A stretch of 64,000 nucleotides of DNA from Chrysomallon squamiferum. Taxonomy: Eukaryota; Animalia; Mollusca. The notes beneath the pieces were generated by a model. It worked only from the letters and a program-made list of their open reading frames with translations. It had not been told where the DNA came from and searched no databases. The stretch's first letter is position 1; every line of letters starts with the position of its first letter. Where the stretch lies: assembly GCA_012295275.1 (NCBI GenBank), contig CM022679.1, positions 14,260,001 through 14,324,000 on the forward strand. Direction: 5' to 3'. A program made the position numbers and the translations under genes. Shown piece by piece: positions 16,390-30,067 of the stretch.

Positions 16390-16846
16390 CTGATTTAGCC
16401 TATGCTCTACCACTGAGCTGCCAGCTCTATGCTCTACACTGGGTCAGCCTATGTTCTATCACTCAATCAACTCTGTGTTCTATTACTAAACTAGCTCTAT
16501 GCTCTCTACCTGTGGGTCAATTCTGTGTTCTACCACTGAATCAATTCTGTGTTCTGCCACTGAATCAATTCTGTGCTCTACCACTGAATCAATTCTGTGT
16601 TCTGCCACTGAATCAATTCTGTGTTCTACCACTGAATCAATTCTGTGCTCTACCACTGAATCAATTCTGTGTTCTGCCACTGAATCAATTCTGTGCTCTG
16701 CCACTGAATCAATTCTGTGCTCTGCCACTGAATCAATTCTGTGTTCTGCCACTGAGCCAGCTCTATGCTCTACCACTGAGCCAGCTCTGTGCTCTACCAC
16801 TGAATCAGCTCTATGCTGTACCAGTGAACCAGCTCTATGCTCTGCT
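16390..16846. repeat. 24-bp minisatellite
   Basis: Unit ccactgaatcaattctgtg(t/c)tct(a/g); homogeneous core with degenerate edges. Confidence 0.95.
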
Positions 16847-17749
16847 GGTTAAAGAGGGTGTCTGGTGGTGCGTGTGAACTGTTGTTTTGCCAGCTGGAGC
16901 AGCATGTGCAGTGTGACAAAACCAATGAAATGTTAGAGGAACCCATTAACACCACTACCTCTACATCCTGTCTAATGTCTGCAGGTGTGTGTGCATCTGC
17001 GTGCACAACTGCATCAGCTGCTGAAAAAAGTCAATTTTCTGCTACATAGTTACACACCAGGAAGTCAGGTTTTTGTTGTGTGCCAGGAAGGATCGTAGTT
17101 TTCTGCTTTGTACTGAATGAAAGTAACACATATTATTTACATGTTTTTTAAAACGGAGATATTTAAACAAAGGGTGATAATTTAGGTTGCTCCTCCAGAA
17201 ATAGAATGTAAAATGTAAAATTGTTAATTTGTTAATTTACTAATGATTAATCAGCTTGTTAATGTGTGTTTTATGTATGTATATGGGTTGGTGTGTGTGT
17301 GTGTGTGTCTGTGTGTATGTGTTTTGTTTGTGTTTGTATTGGTGTATATGTCTGTGTGTGTATTGTTCCTTATATTGTACACTATATGTCTTTGAATATT
17401 TTTCTCTTATTTAAATTTTTATTGTTATACAGAATAGTTTGCTTTTTTTACATGTTGATTACTAGAAAAGGGAAAAAAACTACCATTTGTTGAGCTTAAT
17501 ATTAATGCATATTAATATCACTCAGCAACTATGGTTTATGCTATTCTGTCTGTAGATCCAGGAAATGAATTAGCTGTCTAGTATTTCATTCATTCTGTCA
17601 AACACTGCTTAATTAGACAGATCCTTTATTCACACGTTTGTTAGCTCATGAATTATAAATGATGAGATACAGTTACAACAGTTGCTCCCTGAACAGCTGG
17701 CTTTTAAACTGTTCACACAGAACAGTTTGACCAGCTTGTGCTTAGATAA

Positions 17750-18232
17750 AACTGTGGCTGGAGTTGGTTCATCTTTGATGGAAGTTGGTTCATTCTTTTA
17801 TTAGATTTGGTTCATTTATAGTGGAATTGGTTTTATGGTCAAATTAGATTTGTTTGTGGTAAAGTTGGTTCATTTGTGATAAAATTGGTTCTTCTGTGGT
17901 GGAATTATTCCTTTTGTATTGGATCTGATAAAAATGACAGAATTTGTTCATATGTTGTTGAATAGGTTTATCTGGTTGAATTAGTCATCTGTTGTAAAAT
18001 TGGTTCATCTGTGATTTAACTGGTTTAATCTAAAATATATTTGGTTTATTTTGTGAAATTGATCCATCTCTATCTTAACTGGTTCATTTATGGTGAAATT
18101 CGTTTCTTTGTGGAAAAAATTGGTCTGAATTTTCTACAGCCTGGTCGATTTGTTATGAAATTAGTTCATCTGTGGTGAAACAGAATCATCTGCAGGCACA
18201 CTGGCCCATCTATGTCACAAATGGTTCATCTG
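17750..18232. repeat. Degenerate ~20-bp tandem repeat
   Basis: Recurrent aattggttcatctgtggtg-like units. Confidence 0.7.
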
Positions 18233-21200
18233 GGCTCTGTCCATAATCAGATGAATGGAGGCACACTCTCAGTGTGCTCTCTGAAATTAGCATCCTCCAT
18301 GTTTTTATGTCTTCAAGCAGATCGGGTTTCACTTTTAATTTCTGCTGCCTGTTGGAAGTTTTCAACTGCTTCGTTCTCTTTCCCCGGGGAAATGTGTTTT
18401 ATGTTTCTGTGGTGATGGAAGGCAATGATCTTTTACCTGGCACTCTCTGACAAACTGCTGAAAAATCTGTTAGCTGCACTAGATTTTGGAATTTTTAATT
18501 TTTATTTCCGTCTCTCTTTCTCTCCTCTTTCCTTTTTCTCTATGGAATCTCTGTGTTTATTCATTTTGTATCTGATTTCAGTGTGTTTATGTTAATGTTA
18601 TCTTCTAGTTGTGGCATGTTGTTAGCTAGAAATGTGCAATAGTTAATGTACACCAGTGTGTGAGATTATGGTTTGATATTTTATATGTAAAATATGCACT
18701 AATTACTATAAACAAGTGTGTAAGATTATGGGTCGATATTACACATGTAAAGTAAGCAGTAATTAACATGCATAGAGTACAAACGATTTACAGTCTGATA
18801 TTTTACATACACAGATAAGTGATTTAAAATAATGGATTCTGTTTAACAACATTTATTTAAAAAGAATTAACTCTCTAGGGACATACATAATGTACAGTGC
18901 ATTTAAATGGATTTGTGATCGAGTGCAGCTTTTATTATTAAACTGTTTACCATATATAAAGATAGGTATGTTAAAATAATGAGGTATATAGTAGCACTAA
19001 GCTAAATGTTTCATTAAATATGTTACAAAATCAGTTTTATTTTGACACCATGGATGTTGTATCTGAAGTCATCTATACAGTTTGTTGCATCAGAATGGAT
19101 TTTCTAACCACATAATTTACTTTATATCCCTATTGTACATTTTATTATTAAGCTCTTTGTCATATGTACAGGCATACATGGATATTATATGGCTTCATTT
19201 TCCACATTCACTCTTTCAATGAATTCTAATTTCATCTTAGTCACACTTCTGCTTGACAACATCTCTTTCATTCAGTATTCAGAATACATGTAGCTTATAC
19301 ATGACTGCCTGATATGTATAAATATGTGTATACATACATACATACATATATATACATACTACATACATACATATATATATATATATATAAATTTTGTTTT
19401 GAACTGAAGCTATTTTTGTTTTTCATTTTATTAAGTTGGTATTTTTAAAAATGTTATTATTATTATTTTTTTTTTTTATGATATTAAAAAGATAATGTAA
19501 AGCATTCTTTCTGTATCCTGTTTTAAAATAATTACAACAATTTAAAAACTGGTACCAAAACAAAATTCGAAAAAAAGTTATTACAGTCATATTTGTCTCT
19601 TTGTGTTACATACCATTTGTATTGTGATTATGTCATATATTAGTTATGCCTCACTGATTATGTTGCATATTAGTTCTGTATGATTGGTTTTATTAAATAC
19701 TAGCTGTTATGTTGACATACAACTTGTATTCATCTTTCTGTGCTGTTTATCATTTATCTGCCCATAACTAGTTGTTGTATTACTTGCAAATCGTGATCTG
19801 TATCAAATATTTGAAAGTGTAAAATGTTACAAATGTTTGTCTGATTCGTTTTTATCTACTTGTTCTGCCAGTTTGAATATATGCATCATATCATTAATTC
19901 ATTACACTGTATTCAGTTAATCAATATATAAGATATACAATACACCATGCAATATTTATAGTATGTATATGTATCAGTGTATGTGTTTGTGATTCTGTTT
20001 ATTTGTATACTGGTATGTATATAAACAGACATATCCAGAAATTTTGTTTTATCAGGAGTTTCTGTGTGTGTGTGTGTGTTTATGTGAGAGAGATAGACTT
20101 AAGTGAAATATATCACTGGTCAAGTACAATTTATGAAAGACTAACTGTACCATATAGCAGTGCTTTACATATATATAAATATATATATATATTGTGACTG
20201 TTTGCATACCTCAAAGATACGTGACTTTATGCATAGAACCAGTAATGTCAATGTAATCTTGGACATGTCCATAACAACTGATGCCTGTGTAGTCTCAACA
20301 TGGATTATTTGTACTTGGCTACAAGAAGAAATCATTGAAACATCTTGTGTCCAGGCATCCTGAAACTAATTGTGTTAATTCCCCACTCAAAACAATTGCT
20401 GTATAATTATACTAATTAACATAAGATCATCATCGTCTTAAAACCTAATTAAGTGAAAAAGGTCAAATTATGCTGATGGTAATCTCTCAAGTTAAAAGGG
20501 TCAAGGTTATTTTCTACTTGAAACAATTGACATCTAATTATGATAATTCTGCTAATTAAGGTCATTTTGTGCTTGAGACACTTTTGGCATATAATTATGT
20601 TAATTAAGTTATAAAGGTCAAGGTTGCCAGTGTTCCTGGAATTGGATTACAACAGATCCAGACTCTGTGGCAGCCATGATTGTCTTGAGAATTCAGTTAG
20701 CACGTGGGATCAGTTAAATGATTGGTTTTTCTGTATTAGAGTGTGGCTTGACTTGGTAGCATAGTTTCACAGTTATACTGCTTTGTATAATAATAATAAT
20801 AATAATAATGATAATAATAATTATAATACATGTACATGCACAGACATATATACATGTACATGTGCCTTTTCAGACCAAATTTGTAATTTTAATATTACCA
20901 TTGAAAATTGGTCTAGGTATGCATTAATTTATTAATCTGAAATATGGTCAGGGGATTAATCATCATCATGTCATTAGTTTTTGAAATTAAATCAGAAAGG
21001 AAAATCATTTATCAGAGTTTGTCGTATATGATAAATATGCTGCATGTGAAAGTTAATTATACAATCCATTGTTGTATAAAAGAGACACATGTCAGTATAG
21101 ATTGTACGAAAATAGTTCTCTGTATGCCAGTTCAGTGTACAGAAGATACACTGTAATGATGTAGAAGACTTAAAACAGTAAATTAAAAAACTTAGCATGT

Positions 21201-21259
21201 TATAGACACAAATGATTGAAATGGTAGGATTTAACAGGTTCAACATATAATACAGTTCA

Positions 21260-21900
21260 GTGATAAATATAATTGATATCTACAGACACATGTGATAGTT
21301 TAGTACATTATATATACATGCTCAGTATTGTATTGATACAACATACTTCATTATGAATTGGACAGCTAGTATATGTTTATTTAAATCAGTTCTGTATGAC
21401 AGAGTATATCACAGACAAATTCGATCAATATAAATAGTTCAGTATATAGAGGGAAGGTATGATCAATATAGTATAATAATTAGATCTGTGTAACACCACA
21501 CAGTATATCACAGACACATATTGTACAGATGTGATAAAGTTCAGTATGCAGTGGGAAGTACAATAGTTCTGTGTAATATAACATTATAAGATGCAGTATA
21601 TCAAAGGCACATTGTACAGTTGTAATACATTTCAATATACAGTGGACAGTATAACAGTTTTGTATAATATTCAGTATAGTATATCACAGACATATGTTGT
21701 ATAGATAGATAATAGATCAGTATTCAGTAGACAGTAATTCTGTATAATATACAGTGTAGTAAATCAAAGGCATATATTGTATAGATGTAATATAGTTCAA
21801 TATACTCTGGAAAGTACAACAGTTCTGTGTAATATACATACAATAAAGTATATACAGTATATTGTATAGATATAATATGGTTTAGTATGTAACACAGATA
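21260..21900. repeat. Degenerate ~80-90 bp tandem repeat
   Basis: Recurrent cagtatatcacagacacat, tagttcagtat and agttctgtgtaatata blocks. Confidence 0.65.
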
Positions 21901-22149
21901 GATAGGTAACCCAGATAGCTGGATGTTTTAAAGTGATTACTGAAGAATGTCAAGATGATGCTACATGTTTGGTGTGTGTTCTTTTGAATTGGCTCTTTTC
22001 CAGGCCAATACATCCAAGCACTTTTATCATTCTGACATCTCCCATTATACCTTGTTTACTTCATTAAGTTTATACTGTGTCACTCTGTCCTTCGTTCCAG
22101 ACACTGGCTGAAGTTCCTTTCTTAACTCAGCTTAATTAATTTTGTTTAA

Positions 22150-22440
22150 ATCAATCCATCTGTCCATTCATCTGTTCATCATTTACAATGCTTCTGACTT
22201 TCTACATGTTTGTTCAATTGTTTACACATTTCTTCCCATTTTATTTCACATCCATTTTTCTGTTTCCATTTGTTCATTTCTTCATCAATCCTTCCAACTG
22301 TATTTATCCATCCATCCATCCATCTATCCATCTTTCCATCTTTCTTTCTTTTGGTCCATCTACCTGTTCATCCATCTATCTGTCTATCCATTCATCCATC
22401 CATCCAACCATCTGTGCTTTCTTCCCTCCTTCCATCCAGT
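22150..22440. repeat. Degenerate (TCCA)n simple repeat
   Basis: Runs of tccatccatc and tctatccatc. Confidence 0.8.
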
Positions 22441-24836
22441 CATCAAGACATCAATTAAATGGTATAAGAAAACCAGTGAATAAGTTAATTGTCATTACTA
22501 ATTGTCTTTTATTTTACCTAGAATTTAGACAAAAAAAAAAAAAAAAAACAACCCAATTTGACATAACAAACAGTTTCAAATTTTATTTTTTTTGCTGAAT
22601 TTTCACATTCTTTAACCTACCTAAAAGTTCTCAGCCATGCCAAATTTCTTTTTAAAAAGAAATTTCCAACAGAGCAAATACCTTTAAAAAATTCTTCGAC
22701 ATGGTAAATTTCTTTTAAAAACAGATAAAGGTGTCTTCCCCAAATAGAGGCTGGGTTTTGTTGTGTACAAACAAAGTGAAGAATTTCCCTGTCAGACAAA
22801 ACATAGCCTTAAATACTGTGTACGAAGTGTGTCTGGCAAACACATCGACTTGTTCAGCGTTTAGCTACTGGAGAGCTTTTGTAAAACTTTCAGGAATTTT
22901 CAGTTACCAAAAGTTTGGAAGCACATGCTAGGTGTGCATGATAATGTATATTCATTTAACCTATGTATGCATATATATATATATAACAAATATATACACA
23001 CATGTTTATACGTACACAGAAATATACAATTATGTATCATATATCTAATCTATTTATATTCATATATATATATATATAGACATACATGCATACATACACA
23101 TAACCATATTTTATATATATACACATAACCATATTTTATATATATACACAAAGATCCATACAAACACATAAATTAGATGTAGTAAAAATACTCTTGTATG
23201 CTCTTTGAACATGTACAGATGGCTACAGTCTAAAATTAGAACTGTTTCTATAAAATAAAAATATTCCTGTAATATCGTCATGCTGACAGTTCAATTATAA
23301 CTTAGTTTTTGAAGCGCATATAAATCTATTCTGCACATCTGCACAATGTGTCAAGGTACGAATACACAGGTAGAAAAGCAGTGAAGGATAAACACACATG
23401 CAACAGGTGTTTCGCATTAATTCTCACCTGTTTTTATACTGAGTCTCCACTTTAGTTTTTATTTTGCTGGTTATTTGTGGCAGGACTCCTGTCTTTCAAT
23501 CTAGGCCAAAGCAAAGTTATCTTTAAGTTTAAATTTCATGGTTTTATAGAAGTATTTAACTGACATTTTATTTTCTTCATAAATAAACTCTGTCTGGTGA
23601 AAAAAGACACAGCACAACCTCTGTCGTCATTTTTTTTCTTTGTTCTCTTTTTGCTTTTGTTCCTTGAATAAGAATGTTTATATTTAGAACAGCATATCTT
23701 TTTAATGATGTCTAAATATTCTTCTAATAGTATAATTAAGTAATTAATCCTAATACTTATCTGTAATGCTGCTCTAGGTTTCCCCTTATTCATCTGGGTG
23801 GTCTGTTATTGAGTTGTTATATAAAACATTTCTTCCTTTTTTCTTAAAAAAAAAAAATAATATATGTTATTTTAATAGAAGAATAATTTGATATATTCAC
23901 AAGACGTTGATTATTTGAAGAAAATTATAGTCAAAAAGAGAAAATAACATGTTATTTTTAGCCATCCAGATTATTTTAATATATTTACAGTATATTAATA
24001 GTGTAATAATGCTTGTATGTCTTGAAGATATATTAATATACATGCACATATACATATGTGATACACACACATACAGACTCAAACACATCATTTTAATATA
24101 TTCACATTATATTAACCGTGTAATAACAGTTACATGTCATAAAGAGATAATAAAATATTAGTTTTGGCCATCCAGATGAGTTTCAATATAATCGCAGTAT
24201 GTCAAATGTGTAATTACAGCTGAGTGTAATAAAGAGGTATTAACATATTAGTTTTGGCAGTCTTCATTATTTTAATATATTGGCACTATGCAATCAGTCT
24301 GTGTTACCAGAAATACAAGGTTACAAGGAAACATGCCAAGTGGGTAATAACAGCAGTGAGCTAAAACTGGGTGGTAGTATATCAGTTTGGGCAGTCATGT
24401 AGGTATGACATAATATTCTGGCAATTCAACAGGTAATAGCAGAAGGATGCTGGAACAAATGAATAACATTTTAATTTATATGTTTTATGTTTCAAACTGC
24501 CAATAATAATTATTTCAACTTGGGAGTTGATGATTTTTCTTTGAAAGTTATTTTTTTTGTCCCTAATTCAAGCCCAGTTTTCAAGATTCAAGCCCAATCT
24601 TCAAGTTTCAAACCCCTTTGTATAGTTACACTATAAATACAAATGACATTTATAAAATTTTAAATAAAAGTAATCTTGTTGTGTGTAATTGTTTATCAGT
24701 GCATGTAAAGTTGGTTACTTAATTACACACTTTTTTTTTTCAATCTATAGTTTTATTTCACGTGTGTGTACATGACATCTGTTACTGCCTGTCGATAGTT
24801 TATTGTTAATAATTCTTTGTGTCTGTCTGTCTGCAG

Positions 24837-24988
24837 ATTAATCCCAACAGCAAGGCCTATGCAGAGGGAATAAAAGTGGGGGATTTCATTGATGGCATCA
24901 ACAGACAGAGGACTCACGGACTAAACCATGGAGATGCCCAGCAACTCATTAAAAATGCCACAGATGAGCTGCTGCTAGAACTCAGGAG
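24837..24988 (+). CDS. Coding exon: C-terminal half of a PDZ domain (SORBS/CAP-family gene)
   Basis: ctgcag acceptor and AG|gtgagt donor. Translates INPNSKAYAEGIKVGDFIDGINRQRTHGLNHGDAQQLIKNATDELLLELR, matching the PDZ pattern P-S-A-G(I/L)-GD-I-IN-H-A-IK-L-L-L. Ends in phase 2. Confidence 0.92.
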
Positions 24989-25460
24989 GTGAGTTTACTC
25001 AATTCTTTTTTGTTTTTAACTAGAACTCAGGAGGTGAGCTTACTCAATTATTTTTTATACTAGAACTCAGGAGATGAGTTTACACAATTTTTTTTTTTTT
25101 TTTTACTAGAACTCAGGAGGTGAGTTTACTCAATTTTTTTTTTTATACTAGAACTCAGGAGGTGAGTTTACTCAATTTTTTTAGTTTTTTTACTAGAACT
25201 CTGGAGGTAAGCTTACTCAATTTTTTTTTTTTTTCTACTAGAACTCATTAGGTGAGTTTACTCATTTTTTTTTTTAACTATTATTCAGGAGGTGATCCTA
25301 CTCATTTGTTTACTAGAACAAAGAATGTTAGGTTACTCATTTGTTTACCAGAACTCATAAAGTGAGTTTACTAGAATTCAGGAGGTGATTTACTCATTTT
25401 TATCTAGATGTCATCTTTGGTTTCTTTGTATGTGTACCAGAACTCAGGTGGTGAGGATTA
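24976..25460 (+). repeat. Minisatellite (~40-46 bp) copying the exon end and 5' splice site
   Basis: About 12 copies of tagaactcaggaggtgagtttactcaa(t)n, decaying toward the 3' end; the first copy is the real exon junction. Confidence 0.92.
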
Positions 25461-25700
25461 CTGATTTCTGTGTTTACAAAGGATATGGTGTGTGATACCT
25501 GTCTGTTGGATGATTACTTACTGCTAACTACACACAAGGATTGGTTGTATTTTTCATATACATGATATTTCCAGATGTGTTTTTATTAAACAAATTACTT
25601 ATTTTGTGGGAGCAAAATAATAAAAAAAAATAATTATAAAAAAAACTGACAAAATTTGGTTTAATGATTAATCATGATCAGTTTTGATTTTTTCAGTTTA

Positions 25701-25745
<45 letters not shown>

Positions 25746-26099
25746 ATGTGTTTATTTATTTATTTATGTACATTCTTCTCTTATCAGCATAGAATAGCAA
25801 AAACTGTCTACATTTTTCACAGCATGTCTAAATTGCTGTTTGTTGTTATTTTTTTTTAAAAGAAGTAAAATTAAACAACACATCAGACTGAAGTTATCTC
25901 TATCATTGTGAAAGGTTGTATCTTGTCAGTCTGGGTGGTTCTCAGTTTAGATGTTTTCCTGAAACCAGTGCCAGGCTGTGGAGAGATAAATTGTGCTTGC
26001 ATGACACTGATAAATTGGACTGTTTGCTTTGTTGCAGGTGTCTTTTTTATAGACATCCCTTCTTAACCTTAACCTTAGCCACGTTCTCGAAACATGCAA

Positions 26100-26680
26100 T
26101 ATGTCAGACCCTATCTCAGCAATTAGCATACTACTAAGTTCAAGAGGAGTTTGCAGTGAGTTAGACCCAATCTGTGCAATTAGTATGTTGCTGAGTTTTA
26201 GGAGAAAGAAGTCAAATACCATCTCTGCAATTATTGCAATACTAAGTTCAATGGTTTTGGAATAAGTCAGAATCTATTTCTGTAATACTGAGTTCAAAAA
26301 TATTTTGGAATAAGTTAAGCCCCCATCTATACAATGAATACATTATTAATTTTAAGAGATGTTTGGGATAAGTCAAAACCTAAATCTGCAGTTAGTAAGC
26401 TCAAGAGAAATCAGGAGTATGTTAAACCCAATATCTGCATATATGAAAGAGATCACATATCATCTCTATTATTACTGCAATACTAAGTTCAAAAGGTGTT
26501 TTGGAATTAGTCAAATCCCATCTCTGCAATACTTAGTTCAGGAGATATTTGGCATAAGTGGAACTATATTTCTGCAATATGAAGTTAAAGAGGATTTTGG
26601 AATAAGTCAAATCCCATCTCTGTCATGGCAAGTTCAAGAGATGTTTGGATAATGTCAAGCTAAATCTCTGCAGTTATTGC
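26100..26680. repeat. Degenerate ~39-48 bp tandem repeat
   Basis: Recurrent atctctgcaatactaagttcaagag.ttttggaataagtcaaa units. Confidence 0.75.
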
Positions 26681-26876
26681 ATGGAAATATTGCTTATATC
26701 TGTATTTCAAGTTAGAGGTGAATATTACATGTTATTGGTCCATATAACCAATTACTATGTCAACTTATAACACAATCATTTGTGAAGTAGCTGCATTTTA
26801 CTGATATAATTGCTTTGTGGTTTACAGTAGTCCTGAGTTTTTGTTGACATGTTCAAGATAGTCTTTCAAATGCACA

Positions 26877-26918
<42 letters not shown>

Positions 26919-27382
26919 AAAGAAAGACAGAATGACAGAGATGGTGAAAGTAATCATCTTTGTATATGTGTGTGTGTGTGAGAAAAAAGAAAATGTGTAT
27001 GAGAGAGAAAGGGTTTGAGAGAAAAAGAGATGGCATGTCTGTGAGTGTGTGTGTTTATGAGAGACACAGAGAAAAAAAAAAAAGAATGTGTGTATGTGCT
27101 GTTAAGAGCTACAATTAATTCAAGAGTCATATTTCACTATTATACAGATATCTGTAATTCTGTGTGACATGTATGTTAATATATACATACTGCACACTGA
27201 TATATTCAGCATCTTATCAATCAGGATAACAGCCACCACTATTAGTCTTAATAAGTATTCTGTCTCATCATATACATTTTTGTGTTCATTCTACATTTAA
27301 ACTGACATCTTATGACATTACCACTCTGGTGTCAATATGGAAATATATACAACACAAATACAGTGTATTGTGAATAATGATA

Positions 27383-27636
27383 TAAACTGAATGTGTAGAT
27401 GAAGATGATGATGGTAAACTGAATTAGGTGGATGACGATGGTAAACTGAATTATGTGGATGACAATGGTAAACTGAATTATGTGGATGACAATGGTAAAC
27501 TGAATTATATGGATGATGATGGTAAACTGAATTATGTGGATGATGATGGTAAACTGAATTATATGGATGATGATGGTAAACTGAATTATGTGGATGACGA
27601 TGGTAAACTGAATTATGTGGATGACGATGGTAAACT
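27383..27636. repeat. 27-bp minisatellite, about 9 copies
   Basis: Unit ggatga(c/t)(g/a)atggtaaactgaattat(g/a)t. Confidence 0.95.
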
Positions 27637-28752
27637 TAAAATTAATGGCAATATAGAAAATGAAGCTGAATAGGGATGCACATGCTGAATTGGTGGATAC
27701 CAATATTCAAACAGAAAGAAACATGGAACAATAGTAATATGCTGAAATAAATGATGAAGATGCATTATCTACTAAAATAATGGATTGAAATGTTTAACAT
27801 AATCTCTGAATATTAAAGAATTGTAATAAAATAGATTTAAAAAAATTATCACTGAACTAGAAGGACATAGCTTATATATACATATATATAATTAAATATA
27901 TAAATGTTTTTTAATTACGAGAATTTATTGTTGAGGAATAGATAAAATAATGAAGGAATGGATGAAGTGAAAAAGGAAGGAAATATGGATATGTGAATAG
28001 ATGAATTATGAATGAACACATGATCAGTGGACATAGTAAAATGCTTATTGTCATGAATTAATTATTATTAGATACATCAATGAAAATGATTGTATTATTG
28101 GAATGATGAAAAGTAAATAACTTTTAAGGAAATTTGTATTAAAAGTGAGAATGTCGTGGTTGGATATTGTGATACTAAGCCAGTATTTAACCTTTCTGTA
28201 CTAAAAGGCAAAGTTAGCTGGTGCATCATTAATCTCTTCCTTATGTCTGCACACAGATAGCAGACACATTGCTAATTAATAAAAAATGTTTTAAAGAATA
28301 TTTCTTCTTCTTCTTTTTTTTCTTTTTGCTGACTTGTATGTTTATTCTAAATAAATAAAATCAGTGGATGAACTTGAGATAAGAAATATAAATGGAATAT
28401 TCTGTGAGACATTTGAGACATTCAGAGAGTAGAGTGATTGTATATAATCTGGAAGGTAGCCAGCATCTAATCCCATTTGAGTAAATAGCAGTGATGTGAA
28501 TGTAAACATACCTAACAGGGTGAAGTATCAATGTTATTGCATGTTTGTGAATCTTCTGCTGTTTCTGTGTATGCTGGATAGATTTTGATTTCAAGAATTT
28601 GTGAGGTAATGTGCATGTATGGTATATATGTGTGTATGTGTTGGAGATAAAATAGAGAAAAACTTGTTGAAAAGAAAGAGTTAAAAAAAAGAAGACAGAA
28701 AACATCAGTGAGGAAGAAGGAAGGAAATAAGATGAAAGTTTTTTGTGTGAGT

Positions 28753-28808
28753 GTATGTTATGTATGTAATGTATGTATGTATGTATGTATGTATGTATTT
28801 ATGTAATG

Positions 28809-28839
<31 letters not shown>

Positions 28840-29033
28840 TGTATGTATGCATGTATGTATGTATGCATGTATTTAAGAATGTATGTATGTATATATGTAT
28901 TTAAGTATGTATGTATGTATTATGTAATGTATGTGTATGTATTATGTATGTAATGTATGTATGTAATGTATGTAATGTGTGTAATGTATTTATGTATGTA
29001 TGTATGTATGTAATATATGTATGTATGTATGTA
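28753..29033. repeat. (TATG)n microsatellite, imperfect
   Basis: Long tatgtatg / tatgtaatg run. Confidence 0.93.
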
Positions 29034-29904
29034 TTAATAATTGTGTCTGTCTGAGAAAGTGTGTATGTATGGACACACATATATTTTGTGTTTCCACATG
29101 ACCATATGTGTGTACATGTATCAGTATATGTATATGTATATGTACATGTACGCTGTGTGTGTGTGTGTGTGTGTGTGTGTGATCATCGTTATTATTGTTA
29201 TTTGTAAATTACAATATAATAATTATTGAACTTGAGGATGTATATTATACTAATTAGTTTTATTTAACGATAATTTGAAATTCATGTTCAGTAGATATTG
29301 GCATATGTAAAACATGATTCACTTAAGTAGCTCTTAAAGTCAATAATATGCACAACTTCTGAATTTGCTTGGACAATGTAGCCCAATACAACTGGAGGCT
29401 ATAATTTTGTTGTGAATATATGTATACATATATCAGTTAATTGCCTCTTTATTGGTTAATTGTCCCTCACTTTTTCAGATTTATGTAAATGGGAAACGTA
29501 GATTCTGGAATGAGTGAAATTAGGCTAACAAAGAATTATTGGTTGGAAATAATGATGAAAGATTAGACTTGATCTTAGTAGGTCACAAATAATTGTTGTG
29601 TGTTGTTAATAATCTTTAAGGGTCTGAAAAGGTATTTATCTAGGTTTTTGGAGGTGATATTTTCAGGAAACTAATTTGATTTATTTATATTTATATTATT
29701 GCAATTTACTTAATTATACTGAATTTGTTTATTGGCAACTTCATCTACAGTGTAATTGCTGGCAACTTTTAACAAACATTTTGTAAAGGATCTTAAGAAT
29801 TGTTTTAAATTACTTTAAACATTTTACAGATATTTATAAACTGTTCAGGATATGTTTTAACAGGTTGCTATGGATTGATTATTGGCAACTTTTTTAAAAA
29901 ACAA

Positions 29905-30067
29905 AATATGTAATTAAATGATCAGTGATTATTTAGCTTATGAATTTATGAATTGCTTTTAAATTACATTGGTTATTGGCCACTTTAAAAAAAAAATGAA
30001 ACAGGTAATTAAATGATTAATGATTTTTTAGCTTATGAGTTTATGAATTGCTTTTAAATTACATTGT
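29905..30067. repeat. ~96-bp tandem duplication
   Basis: gtaattaaatgat...tttagcttatga.tttatgaattgcttttaaattacattg occurs twice. Confidence 0.8.

Noticed and set aside
16278-16877. 199-aa Cys/Leu repeat ORF
   Set aside because: Product of a 24-bp minisatellite; non-ATG start, no splice signals, several frames equally open.
24976-25460. CRISPR-like repeat-spacer array
   Set aside because: The variable parts are only poly-T tracts, and the repeat derives from the exon/intron junction.
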